From positions 682,001 through 746,000 of the forward strand of contig OZ037766.1 of assembly GCA_964035545.1 (NCBI GenBank): a DNA stretch of 64,000 bases, read 5' to 3'. Positions 24,041 to 37,060 of the stretch are shown in pieces. The stretch's first letter is position 1, and each line of letters starts with the position of its first letter. The position numbers and the translations under genes were made by a program. The DNA is from Bugula neritina (taxonomy: Eukaryota > Animalia > Bryozoa). The notes beneath the pieces were generated by a model, which did not search any database, was not told the DNA's origin, and saw only the letters and a program-made list of their open reading frames with translations.

Positions 24041-27000
24041 ATGCCACACCTTAGCAAGTGAGATTAGTTTGCTGATTTGGTTAGTTGGTTCTTTCGAGTA
24101 CCGCCTAAAATTCAGCTGCATGCAAGTTACGTTTGTACTCCACACACAGGCATCATCTTATTCACTTCTCTTGACATGTTAGCTGCTCTATTCAAAGGAA
24201 GTAGTGAAGTCGTTGAGAAGTTTGTGTCCTAGAACTGTGTAAGGGGTGTGTACATCTCTATATTGGTATTTGAGCTTGAGCTACTAGCAAGTTCATGTCT
24301 GCTAACCATTGAAACAGAATACATCTGCTAGAGCAATGAATATGATTAACACTGTATTTACCAAAGAGCAACTGTATTTACCAAAGAGCAACTGTACTTG
24401 GCAAAGAGCAACTGTACTTGGCAATGAGTAACTGTACTTGGCAATGATCAGCTGTACTTGGCAACTTACTCAGGTCAAAATTCTGGTCCAGTGGAAGCTG
24501 CAAATTGGCAGTTGGCCAAGTCAAGCTGCCAATTTGCTGTTATACCTTAGCTGTGTTCTTCATTTATCCGGTTTAATAAAGTTAGAGCAAGTTTTACCCC
24601 CCCCCCTTCTCTGTGCTCTCATAGCAGCTGGAATTTTGTGCCGCTCTGTTATCAGCCACTGCATTGTGGTATAAGTTCTATTTAGCTACAGGAGTTGTGC
24701 TCTCATAAATCATATCTGCTCCAAATATTTACATTCAAACGAAATGCCAAAGTTTTTTATTTACTGTGAGTTGTATCTGGCAGGTGATTTTAGAGTGGAG
24801 TTGTTTTGGTATACTACTGTTAGCTTGTAGCCCTGTTACTATATATATAGTACCACTCTTAGCTTGTATCCTGTGACTATATAATACCACTCTTAGCTTG
24901 TATCCTGTGACTATATAATACCACTCTTAGCTTGTATCCTGTGACTATATAATACCACTCTTAGCTTGTATCCTGTGACTATATAATACCACTCTTAGCT
25001 TGTAGCCCTGTTACTATATAATACTACTCTTAGCTTGTAGCTCTATATGACTATATAATACCACCCTTAGCTTGTAGTCCTGTGACTATATAATACCACT
25101 CTTAGCTTGTAGCCCTATGACTATATAGTGCTACTCTTAGCTTGTATTACTATATAGTGCTACTCTTAGCTTGTATTACTATATAGTACCACTCTTAGCT
25201 TGTATTACTATATAGTACCACTCCTATAAGCTTGTATTACTATATAGTACTACTGCTAGCACGGAATCCTGTGATATTGACAGTGTAATAGTTGACTAGA
25301 AGAGTATAAGTTGGTCATAGTACACACATAGCTGCAGCACATCATAATATCCAGCCTACAAAACCAGACCTAGCAGTAGTATTATAAGGCTTGCTGCTGC
25401 CTTTCAGAAATGTGGCTGTCTTATCTGTCAGCATTTCACTATCTGGAGATCAACAGCTGACAGAGTTCAAAGCTGTCATTCTGTACTTAAACTAACAGTT
25501 GATATGGTTTCTCATTTATAGCGGAGTGATAGATAGGAACCACACTAAACACCACCCTCGTGTTAGACAGCATGGCAGTGTAGAAACTCAGGCTCAACTG
25601 TAAGTTTATTATCTCTAGGCTTCTCAAAGTATGTCTGTCTGTCTTTCTGTCAGTCTGTCTGTGTGTCTACCACACAGCTCTTATTCATGACCTACCAGTG
25701 CCACCATCTTATTTCTGGTAAACTGCAATAAGATATATAAACTTTGTCAATAAACTTAAAACCTTTATATTTGGTAGTAAATGAGTATAAAATATAGACC
25801 ACTGTCTCTAAATATAACTGAGAGAACTCACGTAGTAAGATATAAGCATGAATAAGCCGATATAAGCATGAATAAGCCGATATAAGCATTACCAAGTTAA
25901 GTATTAAAACCAACACGTCTCTCTAAAACATAGTTTCTACATAATGCTAATTCTCTGACTTGCAGAGCAAATGGAGAAACTCCCAACCAGGAAACAAAGG
26001 AGGAAAAAAATGTATGTGACTCAAAAGATATGGATAACTTCTTCACTACAATTCCATACAGGTAAGGATATTCCATACAGGTAAGGATGTTTCATACAGG
26101 TAAGGATATTCCATACAGGTAGGGATATTCCATACAGGTAAGAATATTCCATACAGGTAGGGATATTCCATACAGGTAAGAATATTCCATACAGGTAGGG
26201 ATATTCCATACAGGTAGGGATATTCCATACAGGTAGGGATATTCCATACAGGTAGGGATATTCCATACAGGTAAGAATATTCCATACAGGTAGGGATATT
26301 CCATACAGGTAGGGATATTCCATACAGGTAGGGATATTCCATACAGGTAGGGATATTCCATACAGGTAGGGATATTCCATACAGGTAAGGATATATCCTC
26401 ACAGTCCCTAACTGAAATAACATACGAGGGTAGCTTCAAACATGCACAATGTTTAATATGCTGACAAATACCATACCATGCCATGCCATGCAAGTATATG
26501 TAAAAGTTTGACTGATTGATTTATTACATATTGCACAGACATGTTGTGAAATTCAATGTAAATACTGTTTATAAAAAGTAGGCATGAACAGAATTGAAAA
26601 AAAAGTCAGAACTCTGTTAGATTATTTAAAATAAAAGATCATTCAAAGTATTTACAAGATGGAGTAAAATGCTAGCTCTGTTTCTAAGCTGAGAAAATGT
26701 ACAATGTCAAGCCAAAGAGATGCAGCGAATTCAACTGCTAATACAGAGATTTACCTGCATGCAATAGCTACTTAAGTATAGGTGGCACTATCTATACTGG
26801 TAGCACGACTTTGGGACTGCAGTTAATAGTTAATCATAAAGGCAGCAGAAATACTCTATAATGATGATGTCATCAGGGAGCTTCACTGAGTGAAATTAGT
26901 TTGAATTTTGTATGCACTATGGCCAGATATTGTTTTGTTTAAGGAGAGAATCTTACTATATAAGTGTTTTGCTGTAAAACAGTGAATCAAGAAATGATGA

Positions 27001-30000
27001 ATACATCTTTATATTACAGCTCAAGGTTTAGCTTACATTAAGTTGTGTTGAACTGCATTATTACTCAAAAATAAGCAAAAAATTGTTTTCAAACTAAAGC
27101 CATGGAATTATTTTAGTTCCGAAATCTCTATTATGGACCAGCAAAGATACAATCATCTGACTAGAATGTTGCAACTGAATTCAGCTCACCTCAGTTTGCT
27201 AAGTTTGCTGAATTACAAGACGTTTTTACCATGCACTTGTATGTACTATAGACCATAACTTACCGTGTGTTAGCTTATCTATGAGAAGTAATGGAGTACT
27301 TGTTTTGTAGTTTTGTTTCCATGGCAACTCATCTAGATCAACCAATCCAGACAGAGCAATTTCTCAACTGCTGTAGAGAACTGTCTGAAATGTTTGGTAA
27401 GTAAAGGAAACAGATGGTTCCCACCAAAGCATATTTTTAAGTCTTTCAAGTCAAGAAGTTGAGTCAGTTTCTGAAAATAGCTGAAACAATAGTATAATAA
27501 CGAGTTATGTGTAGGTCTTTGTTTTTAGTCAGTTGTATTTTCTTGGACTAAAGCTGTCAACTATAAAATTATGTTGCGCTGTCATTCAGAAAGGGAGCTA
27601 AGGGAATGTGGAGTAGATTGACACAATTTTGTGTGTTTTATAAGCAAAACTCATGAGAAAATCTAATGAATATGCCTACAAATTACCTCTATGTGGTTTT
27701 ACAAAATTTATAAAACATTAAAAAATTATAGCTATCGGAAAGCATATATGACATTTTCAAAACTCATTTTATGTTTTGCATGGTTAGAAGTCTAATACCT
27801 CAACCCTATCGACCCTCTAGGCCCTAGTGGTTACCTAGTACCTTCCCCATATGTTACATCTCTAGGCTACTTGAAATTAGGGCTTTGTCCAATACCTTGC
27901 TTATTATAGGAGAATATATATACTTGGCAAAAACAACTGCGATTTACTACTAGCAACTGGCAACTAATACTAGCAACTCTCAACTGTTACTATAGCAACT
28001 ATTAGTGGCAACTAGCAACTATTATTAGCAACTAGCAACTATTATTAGCAACTAGCAACTATTATCAGCAACTGGCAACTATTATTAGCAGCTAGCAACT
28101 ATTATTAGCAACTAGCAACTATTATTAGCAACTAGCAACTATTATCAGCAACTGGCAACTATTATCAGCAACTGGCAACTATTATTAGCCAACCACTGGG
28201 AGCAAGCAGGTTGCAGAGATTTTACTAAAATAACAAAACTTCAGGATGATTTTATCTCAATTGTATCTGCTAGGCTGGAATTGATGTATGTTATTTAATT
28301 TAATTTGGGACTTAGAATTAATATTTCAGATTAACTTCTGCCTCTATTGTTATTTTGAAGTTTCACCAACTATAAATAAAACAACAGACTAAAAATAATT
28401 TTTGATCAAAATGAATACATCTACAATCAGTTTACAGGCTCAAATATGTTAGATTTTAGTTTATGTAAGTTATTTGTTTTGAAACTGGAAAAATAAACAA
28501 CATCATCTATTATTACATAATGTACATCTCTAAAGTAATAGATTTTGAGTAATCTCCGTGGGTGAGTCACCACCTGTTGCTGCCGCTGCCTGTGACCCTT
28601 TTTACCTTGACCTTCAAGTTTGGACTGTCCACTCTGGAGATTAGATTAGAGTGACAATCTTTAGACCATGAACTCTGGCTACCCTTTTCATTGATACATT
28701 AGGCTTGTATTCTACGTGGTGTATATTGTCAGAGTATGTCATGTAGAGAAGTCAGGGTGGCGGTGCAAACAGCTTAATTCTACTTTAGAATACTGTTAAT
28801 ATTTTTTTCATGGCGAAATTTGTTTTACCTGGCATTTCGGTGCTACTTTTAGTCTAATAATTTGTATGTTTGACAAACAATAAGACAGTCTAGAGGGTGC
28901 TTGCGGTCTAAGTAGTAAATGTAGTTAAGGGGGAACAATTCCTAGTAGATGTTGTAAAAATTCACAATATTTTGCAGTTAGGAACCATTGTTTCCTGTTA
29001 CATAGTTTTGTATAATATTTTATTGTATTTCTAGTTTATAGGTTTGTTTGTGACGCAACTTTTAACAATGGAATCAGTATTAAACAGAGCAGTTGTTATT
29101 TCAGCAACAATGGAATTGGTGCATTCTTAAGGCTGTCTGTCATTTGATTTGAAACTCATACAGTGTATAGTCTGCTAAGTTGACAGTTTCTCTCGCCTCT
29201 CTTGTAGATAAACTCAGTGCATCAGCATTCAGTCCCATCAAATCAGGATTCAACACAAACATACAGGTCAGTCTGTTACACAGCGTATGATTGGTCAATA
29301 GTTGTTAGCTAGCACTTTTATACAGCATTTGATTGGATGAATCACTAGCTTACACTGTTTAATTGTATATAATTTATAGTCAGTGTGAGCTTTAAAGTAA
29401 TTTAACTGCTACATTGCGTGTGATTGGTTAGTGCACATTGTCACACTGCGTGTAATTGGTTGAAACAGTAAAGCTAGTCTTTGACTTTTACAGCTGATTA
29501 ATGATAAGTATTTGACCGATAAGAAACGATTCTCCACACTGGAAGCCATCTTGAAAGAGGAAAAGGGGCGGAACTATCACACCTCTAAAGGCTCCGCCTC
29601 CACTGAGCTACTCTGGCTCACCAGGTAATCAACTTTAACACTAGAAGTTGAATCAACAGTTTGAGAGTCTCAACATGGCCGTTGTTATGTCATTCATACG
29701 TTTGAATTATCATTTAGTTGTATTTTAGCACATTTTCATAGTTTTAAACTTGTCTCCTCTAAAGACGTGTTGATCAGTTAACTGATTGATTTGTCCGACA
29801 ACCTAATGTGACTTTTAAAGAGTTTCAATATAAGAGTTACTCTGTGAACTTCTACTGAACTCAACTGTTGTGTGAGTATTTAGATCAGATGTAACACTTG
29901 CATGTCAGGCATCTGTATTATACCTTCACACATTATTGTATTATCTTATGTATACAGTAGTTATACCTTGTAATATATACTATAATATAATAAGTATACA

Positions 30001-30739
30001 GTAGTTATACCTTGTAATATATACTATAATATAATAAGTATACAGTATTTATACCTTGTAATATACGCTATAATATAATAAGTATACAGTATTTATACCT
30101 TGTAATATATACTATAATATAATTTACACACTTCCTGCAGGAGTCTGATATTTGTCAGCGAGCTGTTTGACAACATTGAAGATAAGCCAACCTTCTACGC
30201 TGCCATGACGGCAGCATACGAAGCTTCTGTCAAACAGTACCACAACTTCCTGGTGCGCTCTATCTTTTCTGTGAGTATTTTATTATACCTGTCCTCCGAC
30301 ATAATTGTAGAAATAGTTGAAGTTGTCCCTCTTGATAATTTTATCAAGTTCATTCCAATGCAATATGTGGTCTTGGCAAGTCATCTACAAACTTCAGTAC
30401 CATTTATAAATTGACAGAAGTTTGTACTGTGAAAGATTTTCTCATAAAGCATATTAAGATGGAAAAAAAGAAACCTAATGCTTTGCATCATAAAATTCCT
30501 ATAATTTATGTCATGAAGTTTTGGTGTTTTAGGTAGTAGGAAAAGCTGCACCAAGCAAAGAAGTTGCTCTTGAAGGGTTTACAATAAACAAGGGAGATAC
30601 AGGTAAACCCGGCTATACAGGTTGCCTGTATGACAGTATGTACACCTACAATGACGCTTTGTCTGACGTGTGTTCCAATATCGAGGACATGTTTCAGAGA
30701 GAGGCTGCCATTATCATAATGCATCGGCCGCCTTCGTAA
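24041..30739 (+). CDS. Glycolipid transfer protein domain protein, FAPP2/PLEKHA8-like GLTP domain, no PH domain seen
   Basis: Exons 24041-24057 (tentative start), 25522-25599, 25966-26061, 27311-27396, 29208-29266, 29494-29624, 30141-30270 and 30533-30739 join in frame. They give ...NFFTTIPYSF...IQTEQFLNCC...FDKLSASAFSPIKSGFNTNI...LLWLTRSL...AYEASVKQYHNFLVRSIF...AAPS, collinear with the FAPP2 GLTP domain. The 5' end is uncertain. Confidence 0.85.
24808..25258. repeat. Minisatellite, ~34-bp unit shortening to ~28 bp (TACCACTCTTAGCTTGTA core)
   Basis: Direct tandem periodicity. Confidence 0.9.
26051..26393 (+). repeat. Minisatellite, 19-bp unit ATTCCATACAGGTA(A/G)G(G/A)AT-like, ~18 copies, spanning an exon end and splice donor
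   Basis: The first copy is the end of exon 25966-26061 plus GTAAG. Confidence 0.92.
27945..28190. repeat. Minisatellite, 20-bp unit GCAACTATTATTAGCAACTA
   Basis: Direct tandem periodicity, intronic. Confidence 0.88.
29950..30122. repeat. Minisatellite, ~44-bp unit, 4 copies, next to a splice acceptor
   Basis: GTATACAGTAGTTATACCTTGTAATATATACTATAATATAATAA repeated. Confidence 0.88.
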
Positions 30740-31664
30740 ACTTTATTTTAGTTTATAATTAAGATATGCTAGGTTCATTGCAATACTGAAGTACACACTC
30801 TGCAGTAATTTTTATGGGGGGGTAACTCCAATGTATTCATGCTATTCATGTTAAAGGTTAGATCAAAACAGAACAAAGGTTCCTTTTGACTGAATTAATA
30901 ATAGTTCAAATATATTTCAAACAGTATTAAATTAGCTGACTTAGTAGACTGTAGATGGTAGGATTTATTCTGATTGTAGCTACTTAGTGTTATAACTCTA
31001 CTTTACTGCTGAAGTATTCTATTAATATCACATATCTAGTCTACTAAAAGGTGCTAATGAGTCATATCATAGTAGCTGTAATGGGAGGATAACTCTAAAA
31101 CACTGCTGATGGTATCGAATGCATAATATTAATTACCTTTATTACTTTACTAGTATAATTCTACATAAACTGACTAGTTACAGTGTTAAGAAGTGAAATA
31201 TAATCTAAATTAACACAATCATGGTGTCATACTTCTACAATGTATGTTGTGTCAGCCATTAAAATATGAATGAGAAATAAAATGAAATCTATAGACTGCA
31301 TCACAAAACAAGTGTATAAGCAAACAACTTAGAAGCAATCCTTATTTTAATATTAAAAATCACGGTTGATGTTTTGTATCATATTTTGAGTAACTTTCTG
31401 TTTGTAATATGTATTTATACCACAATTATTAATATTATGTTGTGCTTTTTATTGTTTTTATATTTTCTTGTTCAAAGCAACTATCAATGCAATTTTGAGT
31501 TTCTTTGTTGAATTTACTTTGCCGTGTTTATAAATATATTTAGCATTTATATTTCAGTCTTAATAAATAAGTCAATACAAATGAGATGTCAATTTGATTA
31601 TAATAACTTATACTCCATTCAGCTGTGTTCATCATAATATGGACCACTTTAGTTAATTAGATGT

Positions 31665-32044
31665 CACCAGCTAGACTGTGTGACCAGCTAGACTGTGTGA
31701 CCAGCTAGACTGTGTGACCAGCTAGACTGTGTGACCAGCTAGTCTGTGTGACCAGCTAGACTGTGTGACCAGCTAGTCTGCGTGACCAGCTAGACTGTGT
31801 GACCAGCTAGACTGTGTGACCAGCTAGTCTGTGTGACCAGCTAGACTGTGTGACCAGCTAGTCTGCGTGACCAGCTAGTCTGCGTGACCAGCTAGTCTGT
31901 GTGACCAGCTAGACTGTGTGATCAGCTAGTCTGCGTGACCAGCTAGTCTGCGTGACCAGCTAGTCTGTGTGACCAGCTAGACTGTGTGACCAGCTAGTCT
32001 GCGTGACCAGCTAGTCTGCGTGACCAGCTAGACTGTGTGACCAG
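31665..32044. repeat. Minisatellite, 17-bp unit ACCAGCTAG(A/T)CTG(T/C)GTG, ~22 copies
   Basis: Direct tandem periodicity between two convergent genes. Confidence 0.92.
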
Positions 32045-32507
32045 AAAACACAATTCAACTCATCCATTGCAGTTACTTTTTGTTTTAACAAATAAAAAAA
32101 GCTAAACTACACATTGACGAATTCCTGAAATTAAAAATATATGGTTCATGTCGTATAGAATAAAACAGAAAAATTATATATCAAAAACACAGCAATTGAT
32201 AAAAACACTACAACCCTGAGTTTTGTAGGTAAAATTAAATTTCCCATGTAGCAGTACAGACATAATAAGGAGACAACTCTCGGTTGGTGGGAGTTGTCTG
32301 CCCAGAATAGGGAAATAAGCAGCTGCTAAATGAGGAGTAATTCTGGCCGCATGGCTACAGGAAATGACATCACGGCCAATAAAATGCTTAACAACAGCTC
32401 TGGCATGTAAGACTACAACATGGCTATCTGCTTATGATAAAAAATAGTACAAAAATAATATATATAAATTACAGCTGCCGGACTAACATACAGGAAGTTA
32501 ACTATCA

Positions 32508-34912
32508 TCACATAGCAGTGCTGTCTAACTTCTCTACTACGCTGAGAAATGCGCTGGCTGCCGTCTCCATAAACTGGTCGTGGTTCAGCGTTGTCTTGTT
32601 TCCAGCAGCAGACGCTGACGCCTGCAACACGTGATGTAACTAGAAGGGGTGCTTCTATTTGATTAAGGAGAATTGCAAGCACCGCCGATAAGTAATTCAA
32701 GTCAAATAATTTGGTATCGCAGTGAATAAATTGACAGATTCTATTGATCATGTCTGCACGTCTACAGTATCTGTGGATACCTAATATTTTCATCAACATT
32801 TCCTCACACAAGTTTTAACAATTGAATGGAAAAATCAAATTTTCAGAAATTGACCAAAATTTAAATCAGTTTGCAGGAATATTACCTTGGACAAAGCAGC
32901 AGATAGACCTTCAGGAGAAAGGTTGACGCAGGCTTGCAGCTCCCTATAATAGAGAGTAACATCTGTGTATAGCTGTGACATAATGTACGGCTATGACATA
33001 ATGTATAGCTATGACATAACATATAGCCATGACATAATGTACAGCTGTGACACAACGTGACAAAATGTACTATCATAGGTTTGTATATAAAAACTTTTTG
33101 TTTATAGAGTGACAATCATAAAAACCTGGCAAGAGAGTTATATGATATGTATCTCCAATACACAGTATGATTATATTACTCCACAATTCATTACAATCAT
33201 ATCATATATCATCAAGAACAAACACAATAATATTATATTATGATATAGTATCACTACGTTATTGTAGTATTATATTATTTCTCTCACCCTTCACTTCTTT
33301 GCTGTTTCAGGAGAGAAAAAGAAGATCTCAGTTGACTTATGACTATTTCTGAGTAGGTTTTATCAACCTGTCCATTTGACCCTACATCCAGGAGTTCATA
33401 TAGTTGATTAGACAACTCCAAGTAGTCTGGGAAAAACAATCAATATGATAATATGTAATAACATTCCTACTACCACTACCACTACTACTTAGTATTACTA
33501 CTAGTAGTAGTACTACTAGTAGTAATACTAATAGTACTACTATTTACTATTACTACTACTAGTAGTATTATTACTAGCCTACTACTAGTAGTACTAAGTA
33601 ATTAGCAGTACTAGTAGTAGTACTGCTATTACTAACACAACTTTTACTATCACTGCTACCACCAATACAACTATTCTATTAGTATACACTAGTTATAATT
33701 TGTCCAGTCCGTACCTCTATATAATACGATTGAAGAAACTGCATAATAAAACACTTCATATGTCACAGCTTCATGCTGACGTCTGCACAACTTGTGTTTA
33801 AACTTGGCAGCAGCAGAAGATGGAGTATCTCTGAATAAAAGACATATACATGTGGTAACCTAACAGTAAGACATATACATGTGGTAACCTAACAGTAGGA
33901 CATATACATGTGTGACATGTTTATGTGATATTTGTTTGTATCACATGTAGACACACATCCTTCTTAAATTATTACAAAAATCGAGAGCTTTTAGTAAACT
34001 TACTTTAATAAAAGAGTCAGTAACTCATCAAAGAGCATTCCATTTATTCCTGTCAATTGTTTGGTGACTACAAAATATAAAACACATGTTTCCTGCAAAA
34101 GTCAAAACATCAACTTGAACAGGTGTAATCTAATCTTAAACAAACTATTCCAAGCGTCATATTCTAATGAAGTGGTTTCAACAATTGACCAATTAAAAAC
34201 ATTTAGAAAATTAAATTTTTGAAAAACTTATTCAACAATATTATTATGAGCTCGAGACAAGAAAGCTGAACCTATAAGCTGTAATGCTGACTTTCACCTT
34301 TGACAACAAGATGCCAGACCGAAAAACTAGATACAACAGAGTATCGCTGATGAATAGCTGATGATTCTTACGTTTAGTTTGGTTGAGAATGTCGAATGCA
34401 GTAGCAACGTTTTGTTTAAAGGCAGGGCGGGAGTGGTGAGACAGCATGATGACTTGGTAAGACTTCTCTAATCGATTACTTTGCTCATAGCTCGACTGGA
34501 AGCTAAACAGATAATATAAATGCTTTAACCATATCAACTCTGTTTAACACAACTCTTACTATTGTTAGAAGACTCTCATTGAATTGTTAAACCATGACAT
34601 AAGAAACTATGAGGAAACAATGAATATAAAAAGAAAACCTTCATCGTAATAGATGACTCACTAGTCAGCCATGAACTTGAGGGGATCAGCAGGACGATTA
34701 GCTGTGAGCTGAGTTACTAAATCACTCATAGTTTCCTTAACACGGTTCTTTTCTGTTACACAATAAAATATCAACAATTATCGACACTTCTGGACACAGT
34801 ATCAAGTAAGCTTATTATATCAAAACTAAACTTAAGACTAACCTAAGAAACTTTTGTCAATTTCCAGTTTAGCTTCTTCCCCAAGCTTTTTTGACTTTTC
34901 ATTCATTGCCAT
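32508..34912 (-). CDS. TPGS1: Tubulin polyglutamylase complex subunit 1
   Basis: Eight in-frame exons (34912-34843, 34752-34662, 34502-34372, 34067-34004, 33830-33715, 33426-33288, 32943-32886, 32621-32508). N-terminal RIIa/Dpy-30-like RPADPLKFMADYF, then LSHHSRPAFKQNVATAF, GINGMLFDELL, RRQHEAVTYEVF and DQFMETAASAFL, collinear with recalled TPGS1. Confidence 0.9.
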
Positions 34913-36251
34913 TGTGATAAATTATTCTAAAAAGTATTGCACTACAGGGTAAAAACATTGCAAATATAACATTAAAGTCGTTGATTGATAAACTACATAC
35001 TTTGGGTATTAGATTTGGTAAATATAGTATCCGCAATAGCATGAAGTTAAGAGCACAACTGAGTCTGTCTCAAGTAAAAAGTTAAATATAATTATAATAT
35101 TAACCAATTTCACTTTGTTGTTAAAAATAAATATCCGTAGCACTATAACTATAAGTATAACTATAAGATTAAGTATATGATAATCATAATATTAAAAAAG
35201 TAAAATTTATATTATAAATTATCTTAGTATTATAAAAGTAAAGTATATTCATTCTAATTATTTGAATAAGTCCCTAACCCGTTTGAAAACCCTTTTAGAT
35301 CAGGGGTTTCTCACAGGAACAGTGACTTTCACATTATGATTATGATTATCTTTACTTTTACTTTTACTAAAACTAAAAGTAAAAGTAAAAGTAAAACTTT
35401 TAGTTTTAGTTTTACTCCATACTTGGAAAGAAAATGAATTGTTATTTAGCTATGCGTAGAAGGTTTTGAAAATTAAACTGATAATAAAGAAACTTACAAC
35501 TTTGATGAAAAAAATTAACGCATTATTGTTAATGTGGTTCTTCTGTCATAGAAATTGCAATTGTCATGGTGATAGCAAGTGAGGATATTTTAGTTTCATT
35601 TCAAGGTGCCATATTGACCGGATGTTTAAGTTAGAAACGTTCCTAGACAACAACAGAGTGAGAATTCAAAAGTTTAAATAAATAAGGAATTTTTAAAACA
35701 AAAAAAAAATCATTACAATTTAATACAACTTTGTTTCATTTTTAATTATAAACATAGCAAATAACAACTAACTATCTTTCTGGTATTTTAAAGAATACTG
35801 TTGCCTAATGACAGCTCAACTATGATCTCTAATCCCAATTACAACGCTTTTTATATGTGGGAGGAATGCGCAGAATTAATAGTTTATTGTGCTTGATGAA
35901 AAGAACTAATTATCAACTTCAAGGTTGTACTTATTGTAATAAAGTACTAGTAGTTACTACGTCTACTGCTACTGGTAACTCTACGACTGCTGTGCTAGCC
36001 AGAAAAATTTACCTAATGGCTAATAGTATTTATTAAGAGTATTGTTTTCAGTTTTATTACTAACGCTGTTGAATTTCTGTAATAATATTAATTCACGACA
36101 TGAATTAATTGAATTATTCATATTCATTGATATTGATATTCATATTGATATTGATATTGTAAATGTTTGATTAAATGTAATACTAAGTCTAATAGTAATA
36201 CTAATTGTAATTGTTACCCATCGGCCAGCACTCATCAGTCATCACAGTCGC

Positions 36252-36362
36252 TCATCAGTCATCAGGTTTGGGGTAATACTAATACTAATACTAATACTAA
36301 TAGTAATAGTAAATTACTATTAGTATTAGTATTAGTATTACCCCCAACCCTGAGGCTGATGA
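36252..36362. mobile_element. Foldback/MITE-like inverted repeat
   Basis: TCATCAG..CAGGTTTGGGG(TAATAC)n on the left and (GTATTA)nCCCCCAACCCTG..CTGATGA on the right; a related CCCCAACCCTG end lies at ~36733-36743. No TSD confirmed. Confidence 0.55.
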
Positions 36363-37060
36363 CCAAGAGTAAGTAATACTTATTGTTATACTTATACTAA
36401 TTGATTGTTAAATAACAATGGCTACTTTACCGATGTAGTATAGTATGAGTATCACATTCACTGTTAAGAACAAAGCGGGTTCACCACTGTCAAAATTGCC
36501 CCTAGCCCCGGTAGTTGGACCCTAGAAGTGAGATTTAGATTGCATAACATGAACATGTATTTAATTTTATTCCTTGTGAGAACAAAAGTAATTGTAATTG
36601 TAATACTAATTAATTACATTGCCATGTAATTGTAATTATAATTGATTGCATTGCTTTTTGAATTAATTATAATAATATTGTGACTGACAAATTTTTTTGT
36701 AATTGTAATTGATTACATTTACATGTAATTGACCCCAACCCTGTAATACCCATATGCCATGCGGTATTATAATTTAATTAATTTTATTACACAAAGTCAA
36801 GCTATTGGTATTACTATTAATAAATAATGGTAATGCTAATAGTTTGACTTTAGGTCATAGTCTAACTTTTGCCATACTTACTCAATCATTGTGATTGCTC
36901 ATGTTGTTATTTGATGTTTGCATTGGTATGGCTATTAAATTTTTAGTGCTATTCTTCTCAAATATCTATAACTACACAAGAGACTTGAATCAAAGTCTTA
37001 CGCTGTTGTTTTCATATTTCGTTTTCTAAAACAGAACTTTCATTTTGCTAGCTGCACACA

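Noticed and set aside
24624-24668. Possible signal-peptide-like exon (QLEFCAALLSATALC) for the GLTP gene
   Set aside because: The phase fits the next exon but the donor is weak (GTATAA) and I found no matching upstream start exon, so a secreted GLTP is not supported.
26021-26493. Repetitive ORFs (MEYPYLYGISLPVWNIPTC)n and similar ORFs at 37990, 42402-42740, 44818-45446, 59348 and 63284-63539
   Set aside because: They are translations of stop-free minisatellites in several frames, located in introns or UTRs of real genes.
34272-34326. Extra TPGS1 exon-like segment (FRSGILLSK...)
   Set aside because: It is 55 nt long, would break the frame and needs a ~45-nt intron; the protein is complete without it.
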